64,000 nucleotides of DNA from IMG/VR virus record IMGVR_UViG_3300037400_004242; one strand, written 5' to 3'. Every line of letters starts with the position of its first letter. The first letter of the stretch is position 1. The position numbers were made by a program, and so were the translations under genes. Below, piece after piece: positions 41,407 through 51,189 of this stretch. Source of the stretch: a virus (lineage: Duplodnaviria > Caudoviricetes). The notes beneath the pieces were generated by a model that worked only from the letters and a program-made list of their open reading frames with translations, had not been told where the DNA came from and ran no database searches.

Positions 41407-43103
41407 AATTTGTAAAAGTAAAAAGCATAACAAAACAAAAATATCAAGGTAAAATTTATGACCTCGAAGTTATGAATACACATACTTATAACATTGAAAA
41501 CATTGTTGTAGGAAATTGTTCTTCTGGATTGCACGGCGTGGGGTCAACGTGTGTCAATGCGCTTTCAGATTCGTTTGATGTGTTTGTAAAACGTGATGGG
41601 TATACTTGGCATCAAACGTTTCATCAAGGCACTCCTACGACCCCGGTAGAGCGTTTAAACTCCACTTCTGAAACAGGTACGATTATTAAATATCATCCTG
41701 ATAAAAAAATTTTTAAAATTACACTTCAACCGAGCGAACACATTAAACATCGTTTGAGTGAATTAGCTTCTTTGAATGCAGGTTTAAAAATTATTTATAC
41801 AAATGATATTACAAAAGAAAATGCTGAATATCATTTTGAAAATGGAATTACAGGATATACACTTCATATGATTGGAGATAAACAAAAATTGTATGAAGAA
41901 CCTTTTTCTTTTACAGACACGTATAAAGTAGAAGATGGGCATGATATTCTATGTGATATTTCATTCATTCATGATGATGAAACGGAACCGAATGTAAAAT
42001 TAAAAAGTTTCGCAAATAACATTAACACTTATGAAGGTGGTTATCATCTTCAGGGATTTAAAAATGGATACAAAGAATGTATTAACCAATATGCATTAGA
42101 TAAAAAAATGATTAAAGAACCATTGGAAATGCAATATTTAATGGATGGATTATATGCAACAATTTCCATTAAATTGTATCAGCCTGAATTTGAAGGACAG
42201 ACAAAAACAAAACTTGGCAATAAAGAAGCACAAGATGCAGTTTCTTCTGTTGTTCATAAATATTTTGATTCCATTATCAAGAAAAAAGACAAACGTGATA
42301 TTATTGATGCAATTGTTAATCGAGCGATTAAAGTTAAAGAAGCTGAACTAAATGCTAGAAAAGCTAGAGCAATTAGTCGTAAATCAAAAAAATTGATGAA
42401 AACAAGTTTGCCTGGTAAGTTGGCAGATTGCTCTAATAAAAATGGCTACACGGAATTATGGATGTGTGAAGGAGATTCTGCCGCAGGGAGTATGAAAGAA
42501 GGACGTGACCGTTCTTATCAAGCAGTATTAGGATTAAGAGGTAAAATTTTAAATGTCAACAAAGCAGACATGAGTAAAATTCTTAATTCTGATACAATTA
42601 AAGGTATTATTGCTTCTATTGGTGGTGGAATTGGAAAAACATTTAATTTAGATGATGTACGATATGATAAGATAATTATTGGCACAGATGCGGATGTTGA
42701 CGGTGAACACATAAGAACACTTGTTCTTACGTTATTTTATTATTACATGCCAAAACTTATCGAATCTGGTCGTGTGTATTCTGCACAGCCGCCACTTTAT
42801 AGGATTATTAAAAAGAATAATGAATCTGTTTATTTATTGAATGATTCTGATTTAAAAGAATATCGTAAAAAACATAAAAATGAATCATATCAGATAAATC
42901 GCTTCAAAGGGTTAGGCGAAATGAACCCAGACCAATTAAGAGAAACGACAATGGATATTCATAATCGAACGTTACGTAGAATTACGTTAGATGATGCACA
43001 AGAAGTTGCAGAATTGTTTGAAACGTTAATGGGTAAAGATGTAAATAAGCGTAAACAATTTATTGAAGCAAATTCTGATATGGTAGATTTAGAAGCTCTA
43101 TAA
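41403..43103 (+). CDS. gyrB: Split-intein C-fragment (38 aa, 41403-41516) fused to the GyrB C-extein
   Basis: MKFVKVKSI..IYDLEV..HTY..VVGN|CSSGLHGVG, followed by FEGQTK, EGDSA, LRGKILN, DADVDG and RFKGLGEM. Confidence 0.92.
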   Translation: MKFVKVKSITKQKYQGKIYDLEVMNTHTYNIENIVVGNCSSGLHGVGSTCVNALSDSFDVFVKRDGYTWHQTFHQGTPTTPVERLNSTSETGTIIKYHPDKKIFKITLQPSEHIKHRLSELASLNAGLKIIYTNDITKENAEYHFENGITGYTLHMIGDKQKLYEEPFSFTDTYKVEDGHDILCDISFIHDDETEPNVKLKSFANNINTYEGGYHLQGFKNGYKECINQYALDKKMIKEPLEMQYLMDGLYATISIKLYQPEFEGQTKTKLGNKEAQDAVSSVVHKYFDSIIKKKDKRDIIDAIVNRAIKVKEAELNARKARAISRKSKKLMKTSLPGKLADCSNKNGYTELWMCEGDSAAGSMKEGRDRSYQAVLGLRGKILNVNKADMSKILNSDTIKGIIASIGGGIGKTFNLDDVRYDKIIIGTDADVDGEHIRTLVLTLFYYYMPKLIESGRVYSAQPPLYRIIKKNNESVYLLNDSDLKEYRKKHKNESYQINRFKGLGEMNPDQLRETTMDIHNRTLRRITLDDAQEVAELFETLMGKDVNKRKQFIEANSDMVDLEAL

Positions 43104-43283
43104 AAAGAAAGGCAGAGAATTTCTCTGTCTTTTTATGTGGTCGATTAGGATTATATAAATATTTAAATATGGATGATGTTATTTTAGAAGCATTTAAATT
43201 ATGTAAAAAATTAATATAACAATTTTTTAACATTGTTTTTTCTATTTCTTTTTTAGAATACGAATAATAGGATGGTATAAAAA

Positions 43284-43817
43284 ATGGCAGAGTTATGGAT
43301 TGCTATGGATATAGATGATGAATATGCAAAAAATCAGTTGGCATATTATCAAACTCTTTTAAAACAAAAAACACATGGTGATTGGGAAGACCCAAATGAT
43401 TTTCATATTACAATAGATTATATTGGAGAAAATGAAGATAATTTTGAAAAAGTTGTAGACGCTATGAAATTATATCAAAAAGAAACTGATGTCTTTAATC
43501 AATATGTTTTTGGAAATCATATTCGTAGATTTGATGGGGGAGCACTCTGGATAGGAGTTGACGAATCTTTTAAATTGTATAAAATCCATTATCGTTTGGA
43601 AGAACTTTTAGACCAAGTTGGGTATGTAAAAGCTCCTAGTAAATTTCCAAATTATACACCACATATTACAATGGCATTTAATACTCCAAAAATAGATTAT
43701 GAAATTAAAATGAACAAAATACCAATTCCTGTTACAAACATTACATTATGGAACTCTTTTAAAGTTAATGGAGAATATGTTGATAACGTTTTATATAAAA
43801 TCAATTTAATTAAATGA
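43284..43817 (+). CDS. 2H phosphoesterase (LigT/ThpR-like)
   Basis: Two HxT motifs: FHITID and PHITMA. Confidence 0.85.
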   Translation: MAELWIAMDIDDEYAKNQLAYYQTLLKQKTHGDWEDPNDFHITIDYIGENEDNFEKVVDAMKLYQKETDVFNQYVFGNHIRRFDGGALWIGVDESFKLYKIHYRLEELLDQVGYVKAPSKFPNYTPHITMAFNTPKIDYEIKMNKIPIPVTNITLWNSFKVNGEYVDNVLYKINLIK

Positions 43818-43830
43818 AAGAAGAAATATT

Positions 43831-44031
43831 ATGAACGAAGAACTTACTTACAGCAAAAAGAAACATGAGTATAGTAATGCAGGATTATATCATTGTCCAA
43901 GATGTCAGCATATGTTTGAAGGAACAGAAGCACTTCAAACAATTTGCTCAAATTGTATAGGTGGAGATAAATTTGTTCAAAAACCTATGAGTGCTTTTGA
44001 AAAATTATTTGATAATATGAAATGGAATTAA
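43831..44031 (+). CDS. Small zinc-ribbon protein
   Basis: CPRC..CSNC; followed by a terminator hairpin at 44030-44058. Confidence 0.6.
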   Translation: MNEELTYSKKKHEYSNAGLYHCPRCQHMFEGTEALQTICSNCIGGDKFVQKPMSAFEKLFDNMKWN

Positions 44032-44074
44032 GAGGAAATTTTTGTTTCCTCTTTTTTTCACAAATATTTTTTAG

Positions 44075-44104
44075 TTGACGTAAGTATTTTGTTTATGTTA
44101 CAAT
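44075..44104 (+). promoter_or_regulatory. SigmaA-like promoter TTGACG-N18-TACAAT
   Basis: Near-consensus hexamers upstream of gyrA. Confidence 0.5.
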
Positions 44105-44119
44105 AATCGAAAAAGAGAA

Positions 44120-46522
44120 ATGGAGGAATTTATTGTGGCACATAAGAAACAAGAGGATATAGAATCTTTAATTGCTAATGAGAATATTATTGATTGTAAT
44201 ATCTTAGATGAATTGCCAAGAGCATATATGGATTATACTATGTTGTCTATTGTTGGACGTGCTTTACCTGATGTTCGTGATGGATTAAAACCTGTACAGA
44301 GACGTATTTTATATTGCTGTAAAGAAAAAGGCTATGATAGTAATAAGTCATATATTAAAAATGCTAAAATTAGCGGTGACGTTATGGGTAATTACCATCC
44401 TCATGGAGATTGCTATGGGACTGTTGCGAATATGGCAAAACCGTGGGTATATCGTTATCCATTAATTGATTTTCATGGAAATATGGGGTCTATTGATGGA
44501 GATTCTGAAGCAAGCTCTCGCTACACAGAAGGACGTTTGGCAAACATTTCTTATGAATTATTAGAAGATGTTTTAGATAAGCATTGTGTAGAATTTCGTG
44601 ATAATTATTCAGAAACATTAAAGGAACCAGTTACGTTACCTGCATTATTTCCAAATTTCTTGGTAAATGGATGCCCAACAGCAATTGCAGTTGGTTATAC
44701 ATCATGTGTTCCTTCTCATAATTTAAATGAAGTTTGTGATGGAATTATTTATGCAATTCGTCATAAAGATTTTTCATTAGAAGATTTGATGAAGAAAATT
44801 AAAGGTCCTGACTTTCCTTATGGTTCTCAAATGTTAAAAAAGGGAATTAAAGAGTTATATGAAACTGGAGAAGGGAAACTTACTTTCCGCGCACATTACC
44901 AAATTGAAAATAATAATGAAAATGGGAATCCACAAATTGTGTTTACAGATATGCCACCATATTCTGATAAGCCTAAAATCATAGAAAAAATTCATAATAT
45001 GATTACAGAAAAAACAATCGGAAGAGTTTTGTCTGTAAGAGATGAATCAACAGGTTTAGACATTCGTATTGTTGTTGAATGTCAAAAAACTGCAAATATC
45101 CCGTTAATTATTCAAGATTTGTATGATAAAACAAATCTTCAAGCAAATGCTTCTTTTCATATGAGAGGTATTTATGATAAAGAATTAAAACTTGTTACCT
45201 TAGTTGATTACGTAAATACATATATTGATTATCGTAAAGAAGTTTTAACTAATCGTTATAAATCTTTATTGGATGTTGATGGTAAAAAATTAAACATTCA
45301 AAAAAGTTTAGCAAAAGTTATTGATGATATTAAAACAGCAGTTAATATTATCATTGATAGTGAAACTGTTGAAGAAGCAAAAACGAAATTAATCAAAAAA
45401 TATGATTTAAATGAAGAACAAGTTCACTATATCTTAGAACAAAAAACTCGTTCTTTGGTTCATAAAGATAGAGACGTTATCTTTAAAAAGATTCAAGAAC
45501 TTGAAAATAACATTAAAAAATATAATCTATATTTAAATGATGATACAGAAATGGAAAACCTCATGATAGAACAGCTAGAAGAGCTAAAGAAGCGTTTCGG
45601 AGACAAACGCAGGACAACTATCGTGTCTGAGTTTGAAAGCGATTCTGCGGCGTCTGAGAGCGTTTCTGAGGATGTTATAGCTGTACTTTATGCCAATGGT
45701 AAAGTTAATGTATATGAACTTGAAGAATATCAGAAATTTAAAGATACAAAGACATATAAAGACCGTACAAATATATTCTTACAGTCTTTGAAATGTAAGC
45801 GTAGCGATGATTTGTTAATCATTCGTAAAACAGGTATTGTAGAACGTGTTCCTATGAATAGTTTACAATATAATAACATGAAATTTGATGATGCAATTAA
45901 CTTCATTAAATTTGATACAGAATCTAATAAAACTTTAATTTCTGTATTGAAAAATGGTTTCGTAAAGAAAACATTAATCAATAAAATGAAATTCAGAATG
46001 AATAAACCGACACAGATAATTAAAGATATGGATTCTGAAATTATTATTAATAAAGTTGTAGATGATACAAAGGATGAAACTATTACACTTGCAACGCATA
46101 ATGGCTGTATTGGTCGTTTTAGTGTTAATTCCTTTATGGCTACAGCTTGTGGCGCGAAAGCTATGGTTACTTGTAAATTGGAAGATGGAGATTACATCGA
46201 AGATTGTAAGATTAGTCTAGCAAGTGAAGATAATAAAAATAAGATTTTGATTCTTTTTAATAAGAATGATGATACAGTTGGATACAAAGTCATGAATCTA
46301 AATGATATTCTTATTAAAGGTAGAACTGCAAGAGCAATTTCTTATATTTCAGGAAGAAAGTTTAAAAATTTAAATAGTATCTTTATTTCTGATGCAGACT
46401 TTGTATTGCTAAATGATAAAAATAAAGAATTTACATTTAGTAAATATGAGATTTCAAAACGTTCTGATAAAGGTGCAGATTTTAAGCATATAGTTGGAAT
46501 TAAGAATTTCATCGAAGATTAA
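44120..46522 (+). CDS. gyrA: Type IIA topoisomerase A subunit (GyrA/ParC-like)
   Basis: RALPDVRDGLKPVQRR, YHPHGD, catalytic SRYTE, GPDFP, VRDES and a degenerate beta-pinwheel C-terminal domain. Confidence 0.9.
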   Translation: MEEFIVAHKKQEDIESLIANENIIDCNILDELPRAYMDYTMLSIVGRALPDVRDGLKPVQRRILYCCKEKGYDSNKSYIKNAKISGDVMGNYHPHGDCYGTVANMAKPWVYRYPLIDFHGNMGSIDGDSEASSRYTEGRLANISYELLEDVLDKHCVEFRDNYSETLKEPVTLPALFPNFLVNGCPTAIAVGYTSCVPSHNLNEVCDGIIYAIRHKDFSLEDLMKKIKGPDFPYGSQMLKKGIKELYETGEGKLTFRAHYQIENNNENGNPQIVFTDMPPYSDKPKIIEKIHNMITEKTIGRVLSVRDESTGLDIRIVVECQKTANIPLIIQDLYDKTNLQANASFHMRGIYDKELKLVTLVDYVNTYIDYRKEVLTNRYKSLLDVDGKKLNIQKSLAKVIDDIKTAVNIIIDSETVEEAKTKLIKKYDLNEEQVHYILEQKTRSLVHKDRDVIFKKIQELENNIKKYNLYLNDDTEMENLMIEQLEELKKRFGDKRRTTIVSEFESDSAASESVSEDVIAVLYANGKVNVYELEEYQKFKDTKTYKDRTNIFLQSLKCKRSDDLLIIRKTGIVERVPMNSLQYNNMKFDDAINFIKFDTESNKTLISVLKNGFVKKTLINKMKFRMNKPTQIIKDMDSEIIINKVVDDTKDETITLATHNGCIGRFSVNSFMATACGAKAMVTCKLEDGDYIEDCKISLASEDNKNKILILFNKNDDTVGYKVMNLNDILIKGRTARAISYISGRKFKNLNSIFISDADFVLLNDKNKEFTFSKYEISKRSDKGADFKHIVGIKNFIED

Positions 46523-46563
46523 CTAGAAAGCAGGTTGCATAAGCACCTGCTTTTTAGTATAAT
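46523..46563 (+). promoter_or_regulatory. Terminator hairpin containing a TTGCAT-N17-TATAAT promoter for clpX
   Basis: Stem CTAGAAAGCAGGT / ACCTGCTTTTTAG; -35 at 46535 and -10 at 46558. Confidence 0.6.
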
Positions 46564-46649
46564 AAAAAGTATGGATATACAATACTTGATTTATGTATTT
46601 CTTTTGTGAAAAGATATTTGTGCGTTTAAAAGGAGCGTGAATATACACT

Positions 46650-47849
46650 ATGGAAGAACAGCAATTAGAAGAAAAACCAGTTAAAAAAGTAAAATGCCGT
46701 TTTTGTGGTAAAGAAGTTAGTGAAGATAAAATTATTTATGGTATTACAAAAACTGCAATTATTTGTGAAGATTGTCTAGATATTTGTAATCATATTGTTG
46801 AAGATAGACAAGAGACGGAAAATGTTACAATGGATAACATTTTAAAACCAATGGAATTAAAAGAAAAATTGGATGAATATGTTATTGGACAAGATGAAGC
46901 AAAAAAGATTATTTCTGTAGCTGTTTATAATCACTATAAGCGTATCTTTAAATTAAAAGATTCTTGCGTACAAAAAACAAATATTTGCTTAATTGGTTCA
47001 TCTGGTAGTGGAAAAACTTTGCTTGCAAAAACAGTTGCACGTTTACTTGATGTTCCAATTGTAATTGCAGATGCTACGACGTTTACACAAGCAGGATATG
47101 CAGGAAGAAATGTAGAAGATTGTCTTGCAACACTTGTTAAAAAGGCAGATGGTGATATTTCACGCGCTGAACGAGGAATTGTGTTTATTGATGAAATAGA
47201 TAAGATTGCTTGTTCCTATCGTGATAATAGTACAAGAGACGTTGGTGGTCAGGGTGTACAGCAAGCATTTTTAAAAATGATTGAAGGTACAACTGTATTT
47301 CTCCCCAACGAAAAAGAAAACATGATGGGACAAGAAGAACAAAAAACCATTGATACAACAAATATTTTATTTATTGTAAGTGGTGCATTTAGTGGAATTG
47401 AAAAGATTATCAATTCTAAGAATGAAAAACATGAAATTGGATTCGGAGCAACATCTGTTAAAGCTAAAAAAGATGATGAAGCTATTGAAAAAGTTACACA
47501 AGATGACTTAATTGCTTATGGCATGATTCCTGAATTTGTTGGTCGTATTCAAACAATTGCAGTATTACATAAATTAAAAGAAAATGATTTAATTCGCGTT
47601 TTAAAAGAACCAAAAGATGCACTTACAAAACAATATCAACAGTTAATGAAAGTTGATGGAATTAATTTAACTTTTGAAGATGATTCTATTCGTAAAATTG
47701 CTAAAATTGCTATGAAACAAAAAACAGGTGCTAGGAGTTTAAAATCTATTTTGGAAAATACGATGATGGATATTATGTATAAAGCTCCTAGTAGTGATAA
47801 AAAAGAAATTACAATTCAAGAAAAAGATATTAAAGCTGAAAATGTATAA
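46650..47849 (+). CDS. clpX: ClpX AAA+ unfoldase
   Basis: C4 zinc domain, VIGQDEAK, GSSGSGKT, FIDEIDK, RDVGGQGVQQ, IGF loop and TGARSL. Confidence 0.92.
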   Translation: MEEQQLEEKPVKKVKCRFCGKEVSEDKIIYGITKTAIICEDCLDICNHIVEDRQETENVTMDNILKPMELKEKLDEYVIGQDEAKKIISVAVYNHYKRIFKLKDSCVQKTNICLIGSSGSGKTLLAKTVARLLDVPIVIADATTFTQAGYAGRNVEDCLATLVKKADGDISRAERGIVFIDEIDKIACSYRDNSTRDVGGQGVQQAFLKMIEGTTVFLPNEKENMMGQEEQKTIDTTNILFIVSGAFSGIEKIINSKNEKHEIGFGATSVKAKKDDEAIEKVTQDDLIAYGMIPEFVGRIQTIAVLHKLKENDLIRVLKEPKDALTKQYQQLMKVDGINLTFEDDSIRKIAKIAMKQKTGARSLKSILENTMMDIMYKAPSSDKKEITIQEKDIKAENV

Positions 47850-47880
47850 AAAAAAGAGAAGTTTTAAACTTCTCTTTTTT
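47849..47880. terminator. Bidirectional terminator between convergent genes
   Basis: A-run, stem GAGAAGTT / AACTTCTC, then T-run. Confidence 0.8.
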
Positions 47881-47884
47881 ATAA

Positions 47885-50413
47885 TTAAAATACTGTTGTA
47901 AATGTTGATGTATCATGTGCTACTTGTAAATTCATAAATTCACCATCATTTCTACAATTTTTAAACGAATTTAAATCTATATTATGTGGAATATTTACAA
48001 TTTTACATTCAGTAATATTACTATAATCAAACATGCTAATTGGGACTCCGGATAATCCTGAACCGTCTAATATTAAAGTAGTATTTATATTGCGTATTTC
48101 TGTACCATAAAACATATTTTCTGCTATTTTTAAAATAAAATGTTCATTTGTTGGATTTTTCATATCAAAGCCAATTTTATCTTGTATAGATGACATTTTT
48201 TCAATTTTACACCATGCAAACATCCCTGATGAATTTATAATTTTTGAATATGATAAATCTGGCAAATTAGAAAATCTATTATGCATAGATGCATAATAAG
48301 AAGTATCATTTTTTGGATGATAATACCCAAACATTTCTGTTGCATTAATCCCATTAACACTACTACAATCTATTGTGCCATTAAATGTAATTGGTTTTGA
48401 TGATGCATTTTCTCCACATCTAGTAAACATATGATATGCTGAAATAATATCACCAACAACTTTTAATCCATCTAATGTAATGGAAGTTAAACATTGATTT
48501 ACAAACATATTTGATAAATTATTAACAGTTCCAAATGTAAAATCAGATGTGATTGTATCTAATTCTGCAATACCAAAACTTCCTTTTAAACTATAATTAT
48601 CACCACTAATATTAATTTTATTATCAACAGGAGTACCATCAATAGTAACATCAGTACCTACACTATATTTTGAAAAATATCGTTTATATTTATCATCTAC
48701 ATTTGTGAAATTGACTGATGTTATTCCTGAACCTTTAAATGTATTCATAAAAGGAAATTCATTTAGAGAATAACTGTCTGAATCTATCGTAATAGTTTCT
48801 ATGTTTGCTTTTGTTATATCTTCGATATTTGAGCAATCAATATTATATGGGAATGCACCAACAAGATTTTTGCAATTTGAAAAAGCATATCTCATTTGTT
48901 TTATTTTATTGATGTTATTATTAGTGAATTTTGGCATTCCTTTTAGTGTCATTGACGTACAATTGTTAAATGCAATTGCCATATCTTCCACGTCACTATT
49001 TATTGTAATTGAACTAAAATCAGATATTTGAGAAGAACCATCAAATAATTGTGTCATATTTTTTACTTTAGGTAAATTAATTTTAGGAATAGAAACTAAT
49101 TTTGATGAGAAAGCAAATAAACCTGATACATCTTCTGCATATTGTAAATCAATGGTTGATGTTCCTAATGATGTTATATTGTCCAATTCTAATGCATAAT
49201 AATATGTTTTTGATTTTGTATTCCATATATAATCAGGAATTGTAGTAACTTTAGTTCCATATAAGAAATGTTTCATATTAGTTATATTTGTTAAATCTAA
49301 TTTGTCAGGCAATTTAGATAAATTTTTGCAACCATTAAACATTTCTTCTGCGGTTGTTAATTTAGATGTATCTAATTTATCAGGAACTTCTGTCATTGTC
49401 TGATAACGAGCAGGATATAAATCTTGCATTTTATATCTATCATCTGTTAATTCAATTGCTTCAATAACAACTTCATCTAAGAAATTAACTATATGATAAG
49501 TATTCGTTGTTGTTCCATCAGTAGAACGTCCTGTAACATCAATTAAATCTTTTTCGTTTCCTTTAAATTTTGTAGGAACATTAATTAATGTAAATTTCCA
49601 TCCACCAGCAGAATCAAGACCTAATTCTTTTACATTAATACATGGTGTTTTACCAAAAGTATCAATGTTTGTGCAGTCTATTGTCAGATTCCTAAGATTA
49701 TTTTGAACGGAAAAATAATATAATGCATCTCCTGCACTCATATCTTGATTTTTAAAATTAAATCCTAATAACTTTTTCATATTTAAACAACCATTAAAGG
49801 GTAAATTATTCATAATATTAGCTTTTGGTTCTGCAAAATTGATAAAATGTATTTCTTCTAAATTACCGCAACCTTGTGCAGAAAAAGATGTTAAATTTTG
49901 TCCATTAATAATAGGGATATGATATGCACCACAATGTTTAAACGAAATGCTTTCTCCCTTAAAACCAAACATACCGTTAATTGATTTTAATTCAGTACAA
50001 TCATCAAAAAATCCATCTGCATTAACTACATTACTCCAATCGGCAAATGCAATTTCCTGTGGTAATTCTGTCATTTTATCAAAACTATCAGGATAATTTT
50101 GTTTCATATAATTAGAACTGTCAGGTGGTAAAGATAAACGACCGTCTGAAGCCTGATAAGATGCTATTGTTATACGTTTACCACTTTTTGTTTTAAACCC
50201 TGTATATGTAACTTTATCATATTTTGGGTTATAACTATTTGGACGATTATAAGTTTTCTTTGTTTTTATAACATTTCCACTAGCATCAAAATAACTTGCT
50301 GCTACTGCATATAAATTATCTCCAATTCTAATAACAAAACGAGGATATACAGATACATCATTTACATCTAATACTTCAAAAGTATCTCCACCAATATTTA
50401 TTGTTTTTGACAT
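47885..50413 (-). CDS. DUF285/BspA-like leucine-rich repeat protein, possibly virion-associated
   Basis: Repeated LDTS..T.A..MF.GC..L units. Confidence 0.65.
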   Translation of the reverse strand: MSKTINIGGDTFEVLDVNDVSVYPRFVIRIGDNLYAVAASYFDASGNVIKTKKTYNRPNSYNPKYDKVTYTGFKTKSGKRITIASYQASDGRLSLPPDSSNYMKQNYPDSFDKMTELPQEIAFADWSNVVNADGFFDDCTELKSINGMFGFKGESISFKHCGAYHIPIINGQNLTSFSAQGCGNLEEIHFINFAEPKANIMNNLPFNGCLNMKKLLGFNFKNQDMSAGDALYYFSVQNNLRNLTIDCTNIDTFGKTPCINVKELGLDSAGGWKFTLINVPTKFKGNEKDLIDVTGRSTDGTTTNTYHIVNFLDEVVIEAIELTDDRYKMQDLYPARYQTMTEVPDKLDTSKLTTAEEMFNGCKNLSKLPDKLDLTNITNMKHFLYGTKVTTIPDYIWNTKSKTYYYALELDNITSLGTSTIDLQYAEDVSGLFAFSSKLVSIPKINLPKVKNMTQLFDGSSQISDFSSITINSDVEDMAIAFNNCTSMTLKGMPKFTNNNINKIKQMRYAFSNCKNLVGAFPYNIDCSNIEDITKANIETITIDSDSYSLNEFPFMNTFKGSGITSVNFTNVDDKYKRYFSKYSVGTDVTIDGTPVDNKINISGDNYSLKGSFGIAELDTITSDFTFGTVNNLSNMFVNQCLTSITLDGLKVVGDIISAYHMFTRCGENASSKPITFNGTIDCSSVNGINATEMFGYYHPKNDTSYYASMHNRFSNLPDLSYSKIINSSGMFAWCKIEKMSSIQDKIGFDMKNPTNEHFILKIAENMFYGTEIRNINTTLILDGSGLSGVPISMFDYSNITECKIVNIPHNIDLNSFKNCRNDGEFMNLQVAHDTSTFTTVF

Positions 50414-50456
50414 ATTATATTTTCACCTCTCTACTTTATTAAATATTGGTTAGTAA

Positions 50457-51059
50457 TTAACTAGCAGATGAAGAATCTTCTACTTTAAGAACATTAGCAA
50501 AATCTGTAATACCGATAGGAATCCATGTACCTGGTGTTCCACTCTTTGTACAAATCCAACCAATATTAGAGCCTGTTGTTGGAGCTAATTTAATAATCAT
50601 GTCACCTGTAGTATAAGCACCTGTTGTTGGTAAACTATCCATACGTAACATTTTTACAGTAGAATCGTTTTCTAATAATACTCCTGTATAATATTTTGCA
50701 GTTATATGGTCTGCTAAATCTTTATCAATATCAAATCCGCCACTAGCGTTATCAAATGTCCATGTTAATGTTTTAGCTGGACGTGCAACTGTAAAAGCAT
50801 CATCTTCTTCATAAATAATACCATTAATATTTAATTCTACTTTTTGTGCATTTGGTTCATTAGTCAATGTAAAATTAACTTCACTTGCTGTAAGTTTAGA
50901 TAAATCAATTTTGTCATAAACAGGGAAAACAGTATTTTGAATGGCAGTAATTCGGCTTTCAATATTACCACTATCATTAATAAGTTTATTAACTTGAGCA
51001 ATTAAATTTTGTCCACCTTCAATTTGGCGTAAATTAATTAATTTCATATGTTTATTCAC
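50457..51059 (-). CDS. Putative tail fibre/decoration protein
   Basis: C-terminal PTTGAYTTGD..GWICTKSGTPGTW motif as seen at tailspike ends. Confidence 0.5.
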   Translation of the reverse strand: MNKHMKLINLRQIEGGQNLIAQVNKLINDSGNIESRITAIQNTVFPVYDKIDLSKLTASEVNFTLTNEPNAQKVELNINGIIYEEDDAFTVARPAKTLTWTFDNASGGFDIDKDLADHITAKYYTGVLLENDSTVKMLRMDSLPTTGAYTTGDMIIKLAPTTGSNIGWICTKSGTPGTWIPIGITDFANVLKVEDSSSAS

Positions 51060-51189
51060 CTACTTTATAAATTAAATCATTTTTTAAATAAAAAATCTCT
51101 TTTATTAAAAAATAGAAAAATATCTTGTATATAATTGTGCGTTTGGAGTATAATAAAATTAGGACTAAAAACTGAGAGAGGGGAAAATT

